Of a stretch of 64,000 nt of DNA, positions 48,082-60,200 are shown one piece after another. Source of the DNA: Amoebophrya sp. A120 (taxonomy: Eukaryota > Protista > Dinoflagellata); NCBI GenBank assembly GCA_905178155.1, contig CAJINV010000001.1, positions 10,596,311 to 10,660,310 of the forward strand, read 5' to 3'. A program made the translations under genes and the position numbers. Below the pieces are notes generated by a model, which saw nothing but the letters and a program-made list of their open reading frames with translations, did not search any database and was not told the DNA's origin. The first letter of the stretch is position 1. Each line of letters begins with the position of its first letter.

Positions 48082-49646
48082 AAATGTGTCATTAATTCGT
48101 GTCTGTGTGTGTTCTCCTTCGGTCGGATCGATGGAGGTTTCTTATTCTTTGTTAAAAATAAAAATAATTCATGGTTTGAAATGGTTTTAATTTGAATTCT
48201 CAATCGATCCAAAAATATTTCTCATTCATGGTAACTATTTTTCAGATGTATCAGGCAGCCGGCCCGTGGCAAGCTATTTCGTTAATTCCTGGCTGAAGTT
48301 TGGCTAATCCCCAAAGCGAAGGAGGGCAGGCGCAAGAGGGGCCCGACTAGAAAACGCGCCGGGGGTGCCACCATATTTCCGGGGGCGCATAGCCATCGCG
48401 GGCGCCGCCCTCCAGGCAACCCCCCCGCGCCCCCCTAAAGGGGAGGTGGGCGCGCGCCGGGAAAGGCGCCACAGGGTGCCCCGGCACCGAAGAAAGGCCC
48501 AGGAGCCTGTGAAGCCTGCGCGCGGGGGGCCTCCACCAAATCACAACGGAGGCCGGAACGCGACCCCGGCGGGCCTGTTGTTCGTGGGTTTCCAGAGCGC
48601 CACCCTTTCAATCTTCGGGGCAAATTGGGAAAGACACCGGTCGGGGGGAATCCATTCAAAGACGCAAAGGCCACGGGTGGGCGGGAACTGCGGGCGGGCG
48701 GCCTGCCGAGAAAAAGCAGGGCAAGTGGTGGCAAATGGCGCCAACTGAAAACCCAATGCTCTGGCGGAGTGACTGCCCCCCGGGCGGAGGTTATTTCCTT
48801 GGGTTTTTGGGGTAATTTGTGGTCTAATTTATAGTCTAATCTGTAGTTTAATTTTTGGTCTAATTTCAAAACCAACGAAACCTTCCCGATTTCGTTGTGG
48901 TCAGATTAACCCCGGAAATTACCGCCGGGATTACCCTCTTCATTAACCCCGGGATTACCCTCTTCATCGCGCCTGCCTGATTTCCAGAGCCGGGCCCGCT
49001 GCGCGTTGCCCCCCATAAATGCAAAGGCGCCGGGCCCCGGTGGATTTGAGCCATGGCCACGAGGAGCAGCCCCTGTGTGCCAAACCACACCACAGGACCC
49101 CCCTCCCTTGCAAAGATACCGGACAAAGAAAAACCGAAGGCCCGGGCAAGGGCCCGACCCGAGGCATTCCCTGAGGTAAGGGAAAAGAGTGCCCGAGGGC
49201 AGGCCACCACCAGAAGCAAAGGCGCCGCGCGCGCGAAAAGGCCCAACGATAAGCGGCCCCCATCCCCAAGAGGACGGGGGAGAGCACACAACCAGGGGAG
49301 ACGGCCCTTACGGCACCGACCCGGGAAAACAAAAAGCGGGGGCGCCACACTATGCCGCGCCCCCCTCCCCGAATGTGGCGCGTGCCCAAAGGGTGCCGCA
49401 CCCAACCAGCCGCCCCGCGATTCCCGGAATTAGTGACATTTTAAAAAAATTTTACTCACGGAAAATGCCTCGGGCCGGCTGCCTGAGATGTATTGAGAAA
49501 TTCTGGTCGGTTTTATGGTCGATTTTTCAAATATTTGAAATCTATTGGAATGATTGAGAAATTGAGATCGATTACCCATCATGAATTAACCATCCATCCG
49601 ATCATCCATCCAGACACATGGATGAACATGAATTAATGACACATTT
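48082..49646. mobile_element. Small (~320-340 bp) TIR element interrupted near its centre by the hAT-like element
   Basis: Perfect 17-bp inverted repeat AAATGTGTCATTAATTC (48082-48098) / GAATTAATGACACATTT (49630-49646), lying about 145 and 137 bp from the inner insertion site. Confidence 0.6.
48252..49485. mobile_element. 1,234-bp non-autonomous hAT-like DNA transposon
   Basis: 20-bp TIR CAGGCAGCCGGCCCG(T/A)GGCA (19/20); perfect 8-bp TSD AGATGTAT at 48244-48251 and 49486-49493; sharp GC boundary at both ends; no transposase ORF. Confidence 0.93.
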
Positions 49647-49783
49647 TTCTATTATCCGACATCGACTCTCTTTATTTTGGAATCTATGTTCTGGATTACG
49701 ATTGATATCGGAGAATAATTCATGATGAAATTCCGAATATTTCTGCAAAGATAAAAAGATTTTCTTTCATCATTCGAAAAAGT

Positions 49784-50190
49784 TATTCCAAGAAAATCGA
49801 AAAAAGAGATTCTAATTCTATATCGACATCAATTTTGAAAAAGATATTCCAAGAAAATCGAAGAAACAGATTCTATATCGACCGAAATTTTGAAAATCAT
49901 TACAATATTTTTTCGCAAAATGGACATCTCCTACTTAATTTATTTCGAGACTTTTTCGAAAATTTTTCTGTAGTCTTTATTTCAGATGATTTTTCGGAAG
50001 AAAAAAGCGTGGAATCTTCATCCTATGAAGAAATCAAAGATTCGAAAATCTTATCCAAAATCATAAATCTTGATGAAGATGATGATGGATCCAAATCTTA
50101 TTCGAAATCAATGATTCAAAAATCGAAAATCTCATCCAAAATCCTCAAGATATCAATGAATCTCGATGATGATGGATCCAAATCTTATTC
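49784..50190 (+). repeat. AT-rich imperfect tandem duplications (periods of about 61 and 81-87 bp)
   Basis: TATTCCAAGAAAATCGAA...AGATTCTA occurs twice (about 49784 and 49845). GATGATGATGGATCCAAATCTTATTC occurs at 50078 and 50165. Confidence 0.8.
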
Positions 50191-51209
50191 AATTTCTTCA
50201 TGACATCAAAAATTCATATCAGGTACCGGGGGGGCAGAAAATTCTCCATAGACCATGGTGGAGGTGTTTTTTTTCTGTGTTAATTTTGCAACATGCATGC
50301 AACTACTTGGACTCCCACGACCAGCGTAGAAATATGCGTTGCACGGAGACGAAGACTGAGCTTGTTCCCACTCGCAGTCTAACGCTCGACATGTTGATGA
50401 TGTGTGATCTACTTTCAGGAAAAGGATGAGTGCGACTGCGTCGAACAACACGGAACTTGAAACACCACACTGGAGCTGAACGGTATCCCACTGATAAAAT
50501 AGACGCTCAATTTGATTTTTTCTCTTTCTTTGCAATTTTTTTCTTTTCTTACAATCACTTCGTATGTTCTTATCTTGTGTCTTTCATATTCGTTCCGGTC
50601 TTGATGACCATGATCTTGAAAATTGAAATTTTGGCTTCTTTTTTCAATCTTCGCATTGATGAAGAAGTGATTCTGATTTTCTCGTTATTAAGGCGTCAAA
50701 TCTCGCGGGTCCACGTTTCGTTATTGTTTTCTCTCGACTTTACAAACATGAAAACAAAAATTTTACTCATGTAGTGCATCAGGGAGTAGATCGCGAATGA
50801 TATGGGGAAATGCGTCAGGAAAAACCGCTTGCAGATAAATGTCGATACTGTACAAAATTCGTATTTTTTCGTTGTTGAGCTTACGGAAAACACAGATGAA
50901 AGTTGAGTCCCTAGTTGTAAGTAACAGACAAATGATGTGATAAAGTAAAACAAAAGTAAGTATGTTATGCAATAAAAAACGCTACAAGGTTGCAAAATAA
51001 ACAAAATTTGGACTTGAAGACTATTGAAAAGCCTTTGTTAAACCTTTGTCCGGCAGCTATTTATCGCTGCGTAGAAGTTGTGTTTCGACAAAACAAGTTC
51101 AAAAATGAATCAAACCATGCCACGAGCATGGAGATGCTTCGCTCCTCCCTGCCGTGCCATTGCGCTTCTTCGCAGAGGATGCTTCGTGCAAGATTTTGTC
51201 ACGGGATCT

Positions 51210-54200
51210 TCACTGAGAGGAGTTCCGGGGATCCGGGACCGGCTGCGAGGAGTTTCGTGGGTCCGGGGGCGTCGGCGACCTCGACCTGTCCCGGTGAACA
51301 GGAGCTTCGTGCGGGGTGAATTGCCGGTCAATGAACGTTCGCTTTCCCTTTTCCTCGTCCGACACCTCCGGTCGTCCTGAGGTGAGCGCTGCGGCCGGCA
51401 CTCCTGACCGCATCCTCGCGTCGACCACTTGCACGGGCACTGTGCCGCGAGCAATATACGTGGACGCCTTCGCCGGATGATGATGGCCGTGATGTGCCTC
51501 TGGGGCGCGCAGCACACCTGCTTGCTCGGGCCTGCCAGAGGTCAGCGCCTCGGGCGGCACTCCCGTGCGCATCCTCATGTCCACAGCTTGTATACCGCCT
51601 CGCCCCAGGTAGGTCGACGCCTGCGCATCATCGTGAGCGGCTGTCTTGCCGTGAGCCTCTGGACCGCGCAGTACGCCCGCGTGCTCCGGCTTGCCGGACG
51701 TTAGTGCCTCTGGCGGTATGCCCGTGCGAAACCTCATGTCCACTTCCTGTACGCCGCCCCGGCCCAGGTAGGTCGACGCCTGAGCGTCATCACTTGCGGG
51801 TGTCTTGCCATACGGCTGCGCGCCGCGCAGCAGCCCCGCGGTCTCCGGGCTGCCGAATGCCTGCAGCTGCCGCATGTCCGCCGTTTGCACGCCGCCCCGG
51901 CCCAGGTAGGTCGACGCCTGGGCATCATCACTTGCGGGTGTCTTGCCATGAGCCTCCGGGCCGCGCAATAGCCCCGCGGTCTCCGGGCTGCCGGAGGTCA
52001 GAAAACGCCTCATGTCCATTGATTCTACGCCGGCACCGCCCAGATAAGTCGACGCTGCCCCGGTTTGTGATGCTGCCCCCGGACCAATTCCCGGTGCTCC
52101 ACCGGCCCCTCCGGTGGGTGCGCGGCCTGCATAGCCCGACGCTGCCCCCGTCGTCGATGGTGCGGCCTCACCCGGACGTCCGGCATAGACATGAACATTC
52201 TCGGTCACGGCACTGGGATCTCGGCCCCGGAATCCCGACGATGCTCCCGTTGGTGGCGTTGCCCCCGGTGGACCAGTCCCCGGTGCTCCACCGCCGGCAC
52301 CCCCGCGAGGGTCTCCGCCTAGAGAGCTCGACGCTCCACCGGGATTCGGGGCTCCGCCGGACCGCCCAGCGAGTGGTGCATTTCCGGCCCCGGTCGGTGC
52401 CCCAATAGGTGCTGCTGCCCCCGGACCAGTCCCCGGTGCTCCGCTGGCCCCTCCGGTGGGTGCTCGGCCGCCAAGATAACTCGACGCTGCTGCACCACCC
52501 GGAGGTGCACCACCCAGAAACTGCCTCATGTCCATCGATTCTACGCCGGCGCCGCCCAGATAAGTCGACGCTGCCCCGGTTGGTGGTGCGGCCCCCGGAC
52601 CAGTTCCCGGTGCTCCGCCGACACCTCCCCGAAGAGGGTCTCCGCCTAGGTAGTTCGACGCTCCGCCGGGACCCGCGCCCGGTGCTCCGCCGGACCGACC
52701 AGCGAATGGTGCATTTCCGGCCGCGCTCGTTGCGGTTCCGCCCCGTGAGCGGTACAGTGCTGACGGTGCCCCTGGACCACCGTCCGAAGCTCCGCCGTAC
52801 CTCCCCGTGAATGCTGCAGCTCCGGCCCCGGTCGGCGCCCCACCCGGGGCTGCTCCAGTCCCCGTCCCCGGTGCTCCGCCGGTCGCCCCGAATGGAGGTT
52901 CTCCGCCAAGATAGTTCGACGCTGTCCCGGGACCAGTGCCCGGCGCTCCGCCGGACCGCCCAATGGATGCTGCAGTTCCGGTACCGGTCCGTGCCCCACC
53001 AGGCCCTGCTCCCGTACCCGTCCCCGGTGCTCCGCCGGTCGCCCCGAATGGTTCTCCGCCGAGATAGTTCGACGCTGCCCCGGGACCAGTTCCCGGCGCT
53101 CCGCCGGACCGCCCAATGGCTGCTGCAGTTCCGGTACCGGTCCGTGCGCCAGCCGATGACGCGGCTCCCGGTGCTCCGCCGGACCGCCCCGTGGATGCGG
53201 CATTTCCGGCCCCGATCGGGGACCCCGCAGGAGATGCTGCCCCCGCCCCGGCGCCCGGTGCTCCGCCTGACCTTCCAGTGGCTGCTGCAGCTCCCGCTCC
53301 GGTGGCCTGAGCGGCATCGCCGGCAGACTTCTTGCCGTGGACCTGCCTAGCGGTCTTCTTGCCAACCCGCGGGCCACGTAGCTTATCTGCGTGCTCTACC
53401 GCACCGGACGTCAACGCCCGGGGGTCGACTCCCTTGTCCATGTCGACGGGCGTCGTCGTACCTCCACCGAGGAATGTCGACTGATTCGGAGAGCTTTCGT
53501 CGGAGCTGCTCGAGGATGATGATCCCTCTCTCGACAGTTTCATGGCTTTAGGGTTGATGGACATCTCCTGGCTCGAAAGCCGGGGATCCGGAGTGCCCTG
53601 ACTCGAGTTCCGGCGATCCGCCTCGTGTGCGTGGTGCCCGTGGGCAACTCCGCCGGGGCGAAGCATGCTCAAGTGCGAGGCGTGCTCCATTCTTCCGGAC
53701 GTCAGCGCCCGGGGGTCAGCCCCCTTCCTCATGTCGACAGGCTGTGTCGTGCCCCGTCCAAGGAAGGTCGACTCTTGGGCACCCGCTGGAATCTCCCCGC
53801 TGGAAGTCCGTGGCGGTGGTGATGGATCTTGGTCCACGACGCTCTTTTTCTTCTTCTGGGCGACGCCCGCACGGGGCCGGTGCAACGGCGACGCGTGTTC
53901 CGCCTGCCCCGAGGTGCGGTCGCCGGCGGGCTCGGTCGTCGTGCGGCCGAGGAACGTTGAAGAGTTCGGGCTGCTGAATCGCGCATTCGATCCTTGCTGA
54001 CTTGCTTGCGCGCCCGAGGTCCGGGGGCTCGGGGTCCTGGCGGTGCGCGGCCGGTGTAGTGGCGACGCGTGCTCGGCCTTGCCGGAAGTGAGCGCCCTCG
54101 GGTCGACGCCTTTCTGCATGTCGACGGGCTGCGTCCCGCTGCCTGCCAAGAAGGTGGATTCCATCTGCGCACTGCTTTTCCTTGCGGCACTCGGGCGGCC

Positions 54201-57200
54201 GCTCTGAATGGTACTGCGTCCGCTGACCGGATTTTTCGTCGTTACTTCCGGCTGGAAGTTGTATCCGCTGGGCTGATGGGTGCCGCTGACTTCTCTAGAG
54301 GATCTGAGCTCCGCGATCTGGCCCGTTCCGGTTTTTTCCGCCCATTGCGGTAGGTTTTCAGGCGTCGCGTGTTTGGGTCCCGCTCCCCCGTCCACGTTCT
54401 GAATGTTCAAAGGCCACACCGCGTCGCGCTCCAGTACCTTGAACTGCACGGCGTCGTCCCCCTGGAACCGGAAGGCGCTGGAATGGATTGACGCCCCCTT
54501 TTGTTTCACTCCCCCCGACATCATGCTCGACTTCCTCCTGGACTTCGCAAGCTTGCTCGACTCCCTCCCGTCCCCGGAGGTGCTCCTCTTCTTGTCGCCA
54601 CCCACCGACCGCCGCGACACCTGCGATGGGGCTTTGCCTTCCAACACCCGGAACTTTACGCTCTCGCTTCCCATGCCCGCGAAAGCGTTGGAATTGACCG
54701 CGATAGGATCCCCACCCGGCCGGAGTCCTCCCGACATCACCGAGGACTTTTTCCGCGACTTCCGCTCCCCACTGCTGGGGCCGCTGCTGCTGCCCGGTTT
54801 GGACGACGTCCTCCCGCTGCTGGGGGGCGCGCCAGGAGTCCCGGACAATCGGTCCGGCGTCTCGGCCCTGCCCGAGGTCAAGGCACGAGGGTCGACGCCC
54901 CGCTGCATGTCGATCGGTTGGGTCGTGTCGCGGCCGAGGTAGGTCGAGTCCACGTTTTTCGAGTCGGGGGCTTTCCCGGACACACGCCCCATCGCCTTCG
55001 CTCGCAGCGCGGTCAACTTCTCGGAGGCCATCCTGGACCGACGCCCCGCTCCGCGGAAGGACACCTTGCCGTCGGGGTTCGAGGAGTCCGACGAGGAGCC
55101 GCCCAGCTTCGTGGTAAGCGAGTGCGGGGACGTCTCCAACCGTACCTTGCGCGACAGGTCGTCGTGGATGTCCTCGTCGGGCAGCGTGGGCGCGTTGTGC
55201 TCCAACAGGTGGTCGCTATCGTCGTCCGCACCCGCGTGCGCGTCCTTCGTGGCCACGTGGTCGTAGTGCACCAGCGGGCCGCCCGGAACGCGCCGGCTGC
55301 CGAACATGGCGTCGTAACTGTTGCTGGTTGTCTGTCGCGCGCCCGAGTCCAGGTTGCTTTTTGGGCTCTCCGTGGAGATTGCGTCGCCCTGCGGGCCCTC
55401 GGGAACGTCGGGGATGCCGAAGTCGGGCGGTTCGGCATCTTCGGCGGGCTCCTCCGTGAGAATCTCCTCCTCCTCGTCTTCCAGCGGCGGCTCCTCCTCC
55501 TGGGTCTCCTCCAATGGCTGATCATCATCCGCCGGCTCTTCCCCGACCTCCTCGCTCAACGGCTCCTCCTCGAGGACCTCCTCGCTCACCAACAAACTGT
55601 CCATCATACCGTCGTCCGCGAAGGCCACGGCCCGCTCCTCGACCTGCAGTGCGCCGAACGAGTGCATCATCGCGTCGCCGGCCGCCGCGTTGCCCTCCTC
55701 CTCCGCCGGGCCTCCCACCGCGCAAGCCAGCACCGAAATGCAGCACATCACCAAAATCACCAATGCCACCAGCAATATGATGCACCACTGTGGTTTCAGA
55801 GTGAAGGTTGAATTTATCTTCGTGGAAACATATCTAATTTATCTTCGTGCTTGAACAAGCGGGCTCCATTTTTTCGCACGAATTCCGTGCAGCGTTGAAT
55901 GAAAAAAGACACGGTCTTCACGGCCTGAAAAAGCAGAAATGCGTAGTATTGCAGCAGGTAACAGTACTCGTATGGGAAAAAAGTCATTATAAGTACTTAC
56001 CTTCTTGCAGGCCGATGTCTCCTCAGTCTTCTTGTGCGATCCGTCGGCGCCGGACAGAGGGACCACAACTGGCGGACTTTCAGAGACGGGCAGAATGGGA
56101 CCAACCGGAAGAGGAGGAGTGGCGAGGGGGTTCATGGGCTCCTGCAAGAGCCCGCGGGAATTCCGGTCCAAAGCGTTCAATATTTCGTCGTCGGTACCCG
56201 GGCAAAAGGACCTTCCGTCGGGACACAAAACATAGCCTTGCTCCGCCATCAGCATCTGAAAAAAAGGATCGTTCAGCAGAGCCGACAAATCCCACCACCC
56301 CGAGGGTGTCGGCGCTGGAAAGTAGCCGGAGCCGCCCTGGTCGCTCCACGTCTGGTGCGGGAAGTGGTTCCGCAGCGCCATTGCATCCAGTGGTGCGTTA
56401 CCCGACACTGCCCGCGACTCGAGCTGATCAGGGGATAGGAATTCCATTTTTCTATCCAAGAAAAAACCGCAAGTGTCGGAGTTCTGTTCTGGTTCTGAGA
56501 AGCGGAAGCCTCGGTCAGATGACAAAAACAACACTTTAATACTTCTACTCACGAAAACATGCAAAACGATACGATGCCTCCAAACGAAGTGCTCCGCATT
56601 GCACCCGGACATGATAATGTCCGTCAGAGGCAAAGAACGATGATTGGAGTTTACATACTGTACCAAACGCTATACAAATCTTGAAAATTCAGTCTAAATA
56701 CATGCTCGAGTTCCATTTTCACCAAAAAGAACCTCGACTCTCACAATAAGTTTTTTCTTGGGTAGTCTCCGCTCTGAGGGTAATACACCGCGTACCGTCC
56801 AGGATCGACGGTGGTATCTTCCGTTCCGACCGCTTGCGCCGTCTTCGCGTCCTCTTCGAGCGACCCGGCTAACTCGTAGCCTCCACCCGGACCGTACAGT
56901 TGGTTGGGACCATAGCCGCCGTACTGTCCATCGGCACCTTCGTAGAACTGCCCCGCCCCTGCTGCACCCTCGGGGCGCCCGTTCCCCCGCAGTGGACTGC
57001 CAACCGCCCGCGAGCCCGCCCCGGAACCGGCAATGCCTTGGCTGGACATGAGGCCTCCCGCTCCGTGGTTCCCAGGATGTCCACCTGCCATTCCGGGGCC
57101 CCAGCCCCCCGGTCCGCGGGCCTCGTCGCCGCCTGCAGCAAGGGCACCCGCGCCGGCAGCTCCCGCCCCGAGCGCGCCCGCTCCAAAGGCGCCAGCACCC

Positions 57201-60200
57201 AAATTCAGGCCCCCCAAAGTGATGGGTTTACCGTCTCGCCCAATCGGTAGTCCCCTCGACCTATCGATGGGGATGGCGGGAACGCGCTGCACAAGGATGC
57301 CGATCCCGTAGTCGACCGGATTCCGGTCGCTGTAGGGGTCGTGCGGATGGCTGTAGGGGTCGTGGTCGTTCCGGAGGTGCTGGGGTCCGTGCCGGTTGCG
57401 ATAAGGGTGGTACCGACTCCCTGGACCGCGTCGTCGTACCAGAAGAGGCAAGCCGTGCGGGAGCATGTCGGCACCGGACGGGTACCACCCCCAAGAGTAA
57501 CGGGAACCAGGCATCTCGTACTCGTAGTAATGTGTACCTCCCGCCCCCAGTACCATTCCTCCGGCGGCGCCACCGGGTGGTGGTGCGATTGGCAGCCGTT
57601 CCTGCGACGCTCGGTCAGGGAGGTGGGGCGCCCGACCCCAGAAGTTCCAGCGCTGCCTGGCCTCTCCGAAGACAAACGTGGCGAGAATCCCCTCCATGAT
57701 GTCCCACGCACCCGCGGCGTCCCCCAAGCCGAGTGCGCGAGCCAGCGAGTGATGCGGAACGTAGATGACCACAAAGAGAGCGTGCATGATTTGCGTTGGG
57801 GTGCAGTAGGATCCGTCGTCTCCCGTCCACGCATCGTTCTCATCACCATAATTTGGCTTCTGGTATCGCGCCAGCGGAAAGGGTATGGGTGGCGACTCGT
57901 TCCCGCCATTTTGCACGGCCGCGTTCCAGTTTTCCACGGCCCGCCGCTCGCCGGCAACCAGCTCGTCCACCAACTCGGCGTAGAACATGAGTGGATCTTG
58001 CAGCGGCGGTAGCAGTGCGTCCGCGTTTGGCGCAACATCTGCCCCGCCGGCGCCCTCGCCGTCCTCGAAATAGGTTGCGTCCGGTTGCTGGCTCTGCAGA
58101 AACGATTGGTCCCCTGCGAAGTCGAGCTCCCTGTTCCGCACGCGTGCATCCTGGTGCCGGAGCACCATTTCTTCCAAGTCCATCACCGTCCGCTTTCCTG
58201 CCACCTCCTCCAGCTCCTCGCGGCGTCGCTGATGGATCTGGAAGCTGTCGGGAAGAAACTTGTAGCCCAGCTCTTCGTACCTCGCGGGAAAAATGAAGTG
58301 CGACCGCGGCGGGTCAACCTGTACGTTGTACGGATCCGGATCCTTCTCCCGCAGGATCTCGACTGCCGCGAAGATGTGTAGGTCGTCCATCATGTTTCCA
58401 GGTTCCTCGTCAGCAACCATCACAACGTCGCGCCGCGATACCGCCGGCGAGAGACGATAGAGCAAGTACATCATAGCAGCCCGATGGCTCGGCTGCGCTC
58501 CCCCCATCTGCTCTCTGCCCGCCCCTTGGGGGTTGTGAGTGGAAAGTTGGTCTTGGTCCAATTGAGACTGCACGTACTCTATCGCGCGGTCGTACAACGA
58601 GAGGCCCGCATTGAAAGGTTGCCGCTCGCCGCCCAGCGTCAGCTCGTTGGCGGTCAGCCTCTGGTGGTCCAGCAAAAACACAAACACCTGGTCGCGCTGG
58701 TCCTTCTCGAGAGCGTAACCACGGTAGCCATCCTGCGTAACGTACTCGTCCATCCGCTGCGTCTGGCGGTTGAACCGGGAATACTCCGCGAAGACCAGGA
58801 ACCTCACGTCCATATGCTTCGCCAGAAACTCCTGCATGTTCGGTGCTGCAATCGCTCGGAAGTCTTCCCACGTGCAGAGGATGAACGTACCAAGCTGCTG
58901 CTCTTGCTTTTTCTCCGTGTACGTTGGGTTGAATTTTGCCAGCGGTCCCGTACCACCACCGTTATCAAATCTCTCCATCAGCTCCCCCAGGCCGGACCAG
59001 TATGGCGTTTGGCAACTGTTACAGTCGGAACTGGTACATGAATTTCTCATGCAAAACGAACATCAACATGAACATCCACAAGGTGAAGCTGCTTCACGTG
59101 GCAAAAAATTCTGGAAAGGCTACACAGCACCTAAATCTACTGTGTGGACGAATTTGTAATGTCACAGGTGAAACCGCCCCGCTTTGACTTTTCCCATCCT
59201 TGCATCACAAATTCATGTAACAGTTGAGAATGTAAAAATTGAGAACGCCATAACCAGACGATGACGGTTCGGAACGCGAATCCGGCTTTGAAGTCTTCGT
59301 AGGTCTCTGCGTACCTCTCTTCGAAGTCTGGCTGGCTGATTTTGAACGCTCCGTGAGGCAAGATCGCGTGAAAGCGGTCCACCAGCGCACTTGTGAGCGC
59401 GGCGCGCACGTCCTCGAGCCGGTCGCCCATCTCATCGAGCACGAACAGGTTTGTGTCGCCGACCGCGTGGAAAAGGTGGGGCGGCCCCGCTCGTTCCTCC
59501 GTCGAGAATTCCAGGGCCACGGCATCGGACGAGCCGCCCGCGGGAGTCCCGGCGCCGAAGCTTATCCAGTACCCTTCCGCGTCGATGAAGCCGTGCTCGT
59601 CGCCGGACGAAGCAATCAGGTTGTTCTGTTGTTCGTTTTTGAAGATGCACACCGGGACTTGGCAGCTTTCTTTCTCGAGCTCTTCGTAGTGCTGGTCGCA
59701 GGCGTCTTCGGTGTCCACCTCTCGGTTGATTTTCACCGTGCGCACGAAGGGCCTGGCCCAATGCTCCGTGGGATGTCTCGAACGAAACAATGCGCGGCGG
59801 AGTTCGTTGTGCGGAAAGTAGTTCTTCCGGACCTCTCGGTCCCCGGGGCACCGCTTGCCGCGGTAGGGTTCCGGGATGTTCGGGAAGTCCACTATCTCAC
59901 CGGTGAGCACGTCAATGTAGGGATCCAAGGGGAACGTCCCGTCTGTCGCATACAAAGAATTCTCGCTCTCGCGCACGCGCTGGATCTGCGTTTGCACATC
60001 AAATCGCTGAACCGGCGGTGCTGCAAGGTCCTGCTGTGGATATTCGGCCGTCGGTACTCCTGGTCCTGCCATTCCATCACTCATATCGTCCCATGGTTCT
60101 TGCTGCAGGTCCTGCTGCTGCTGCTGCTGGGCGCGGGTCTTGTGCGTGTCCAAAAACGAAAGTGCCGCTTCGTGCGAGGACGCGGGGAGCTGCTGCGTTT

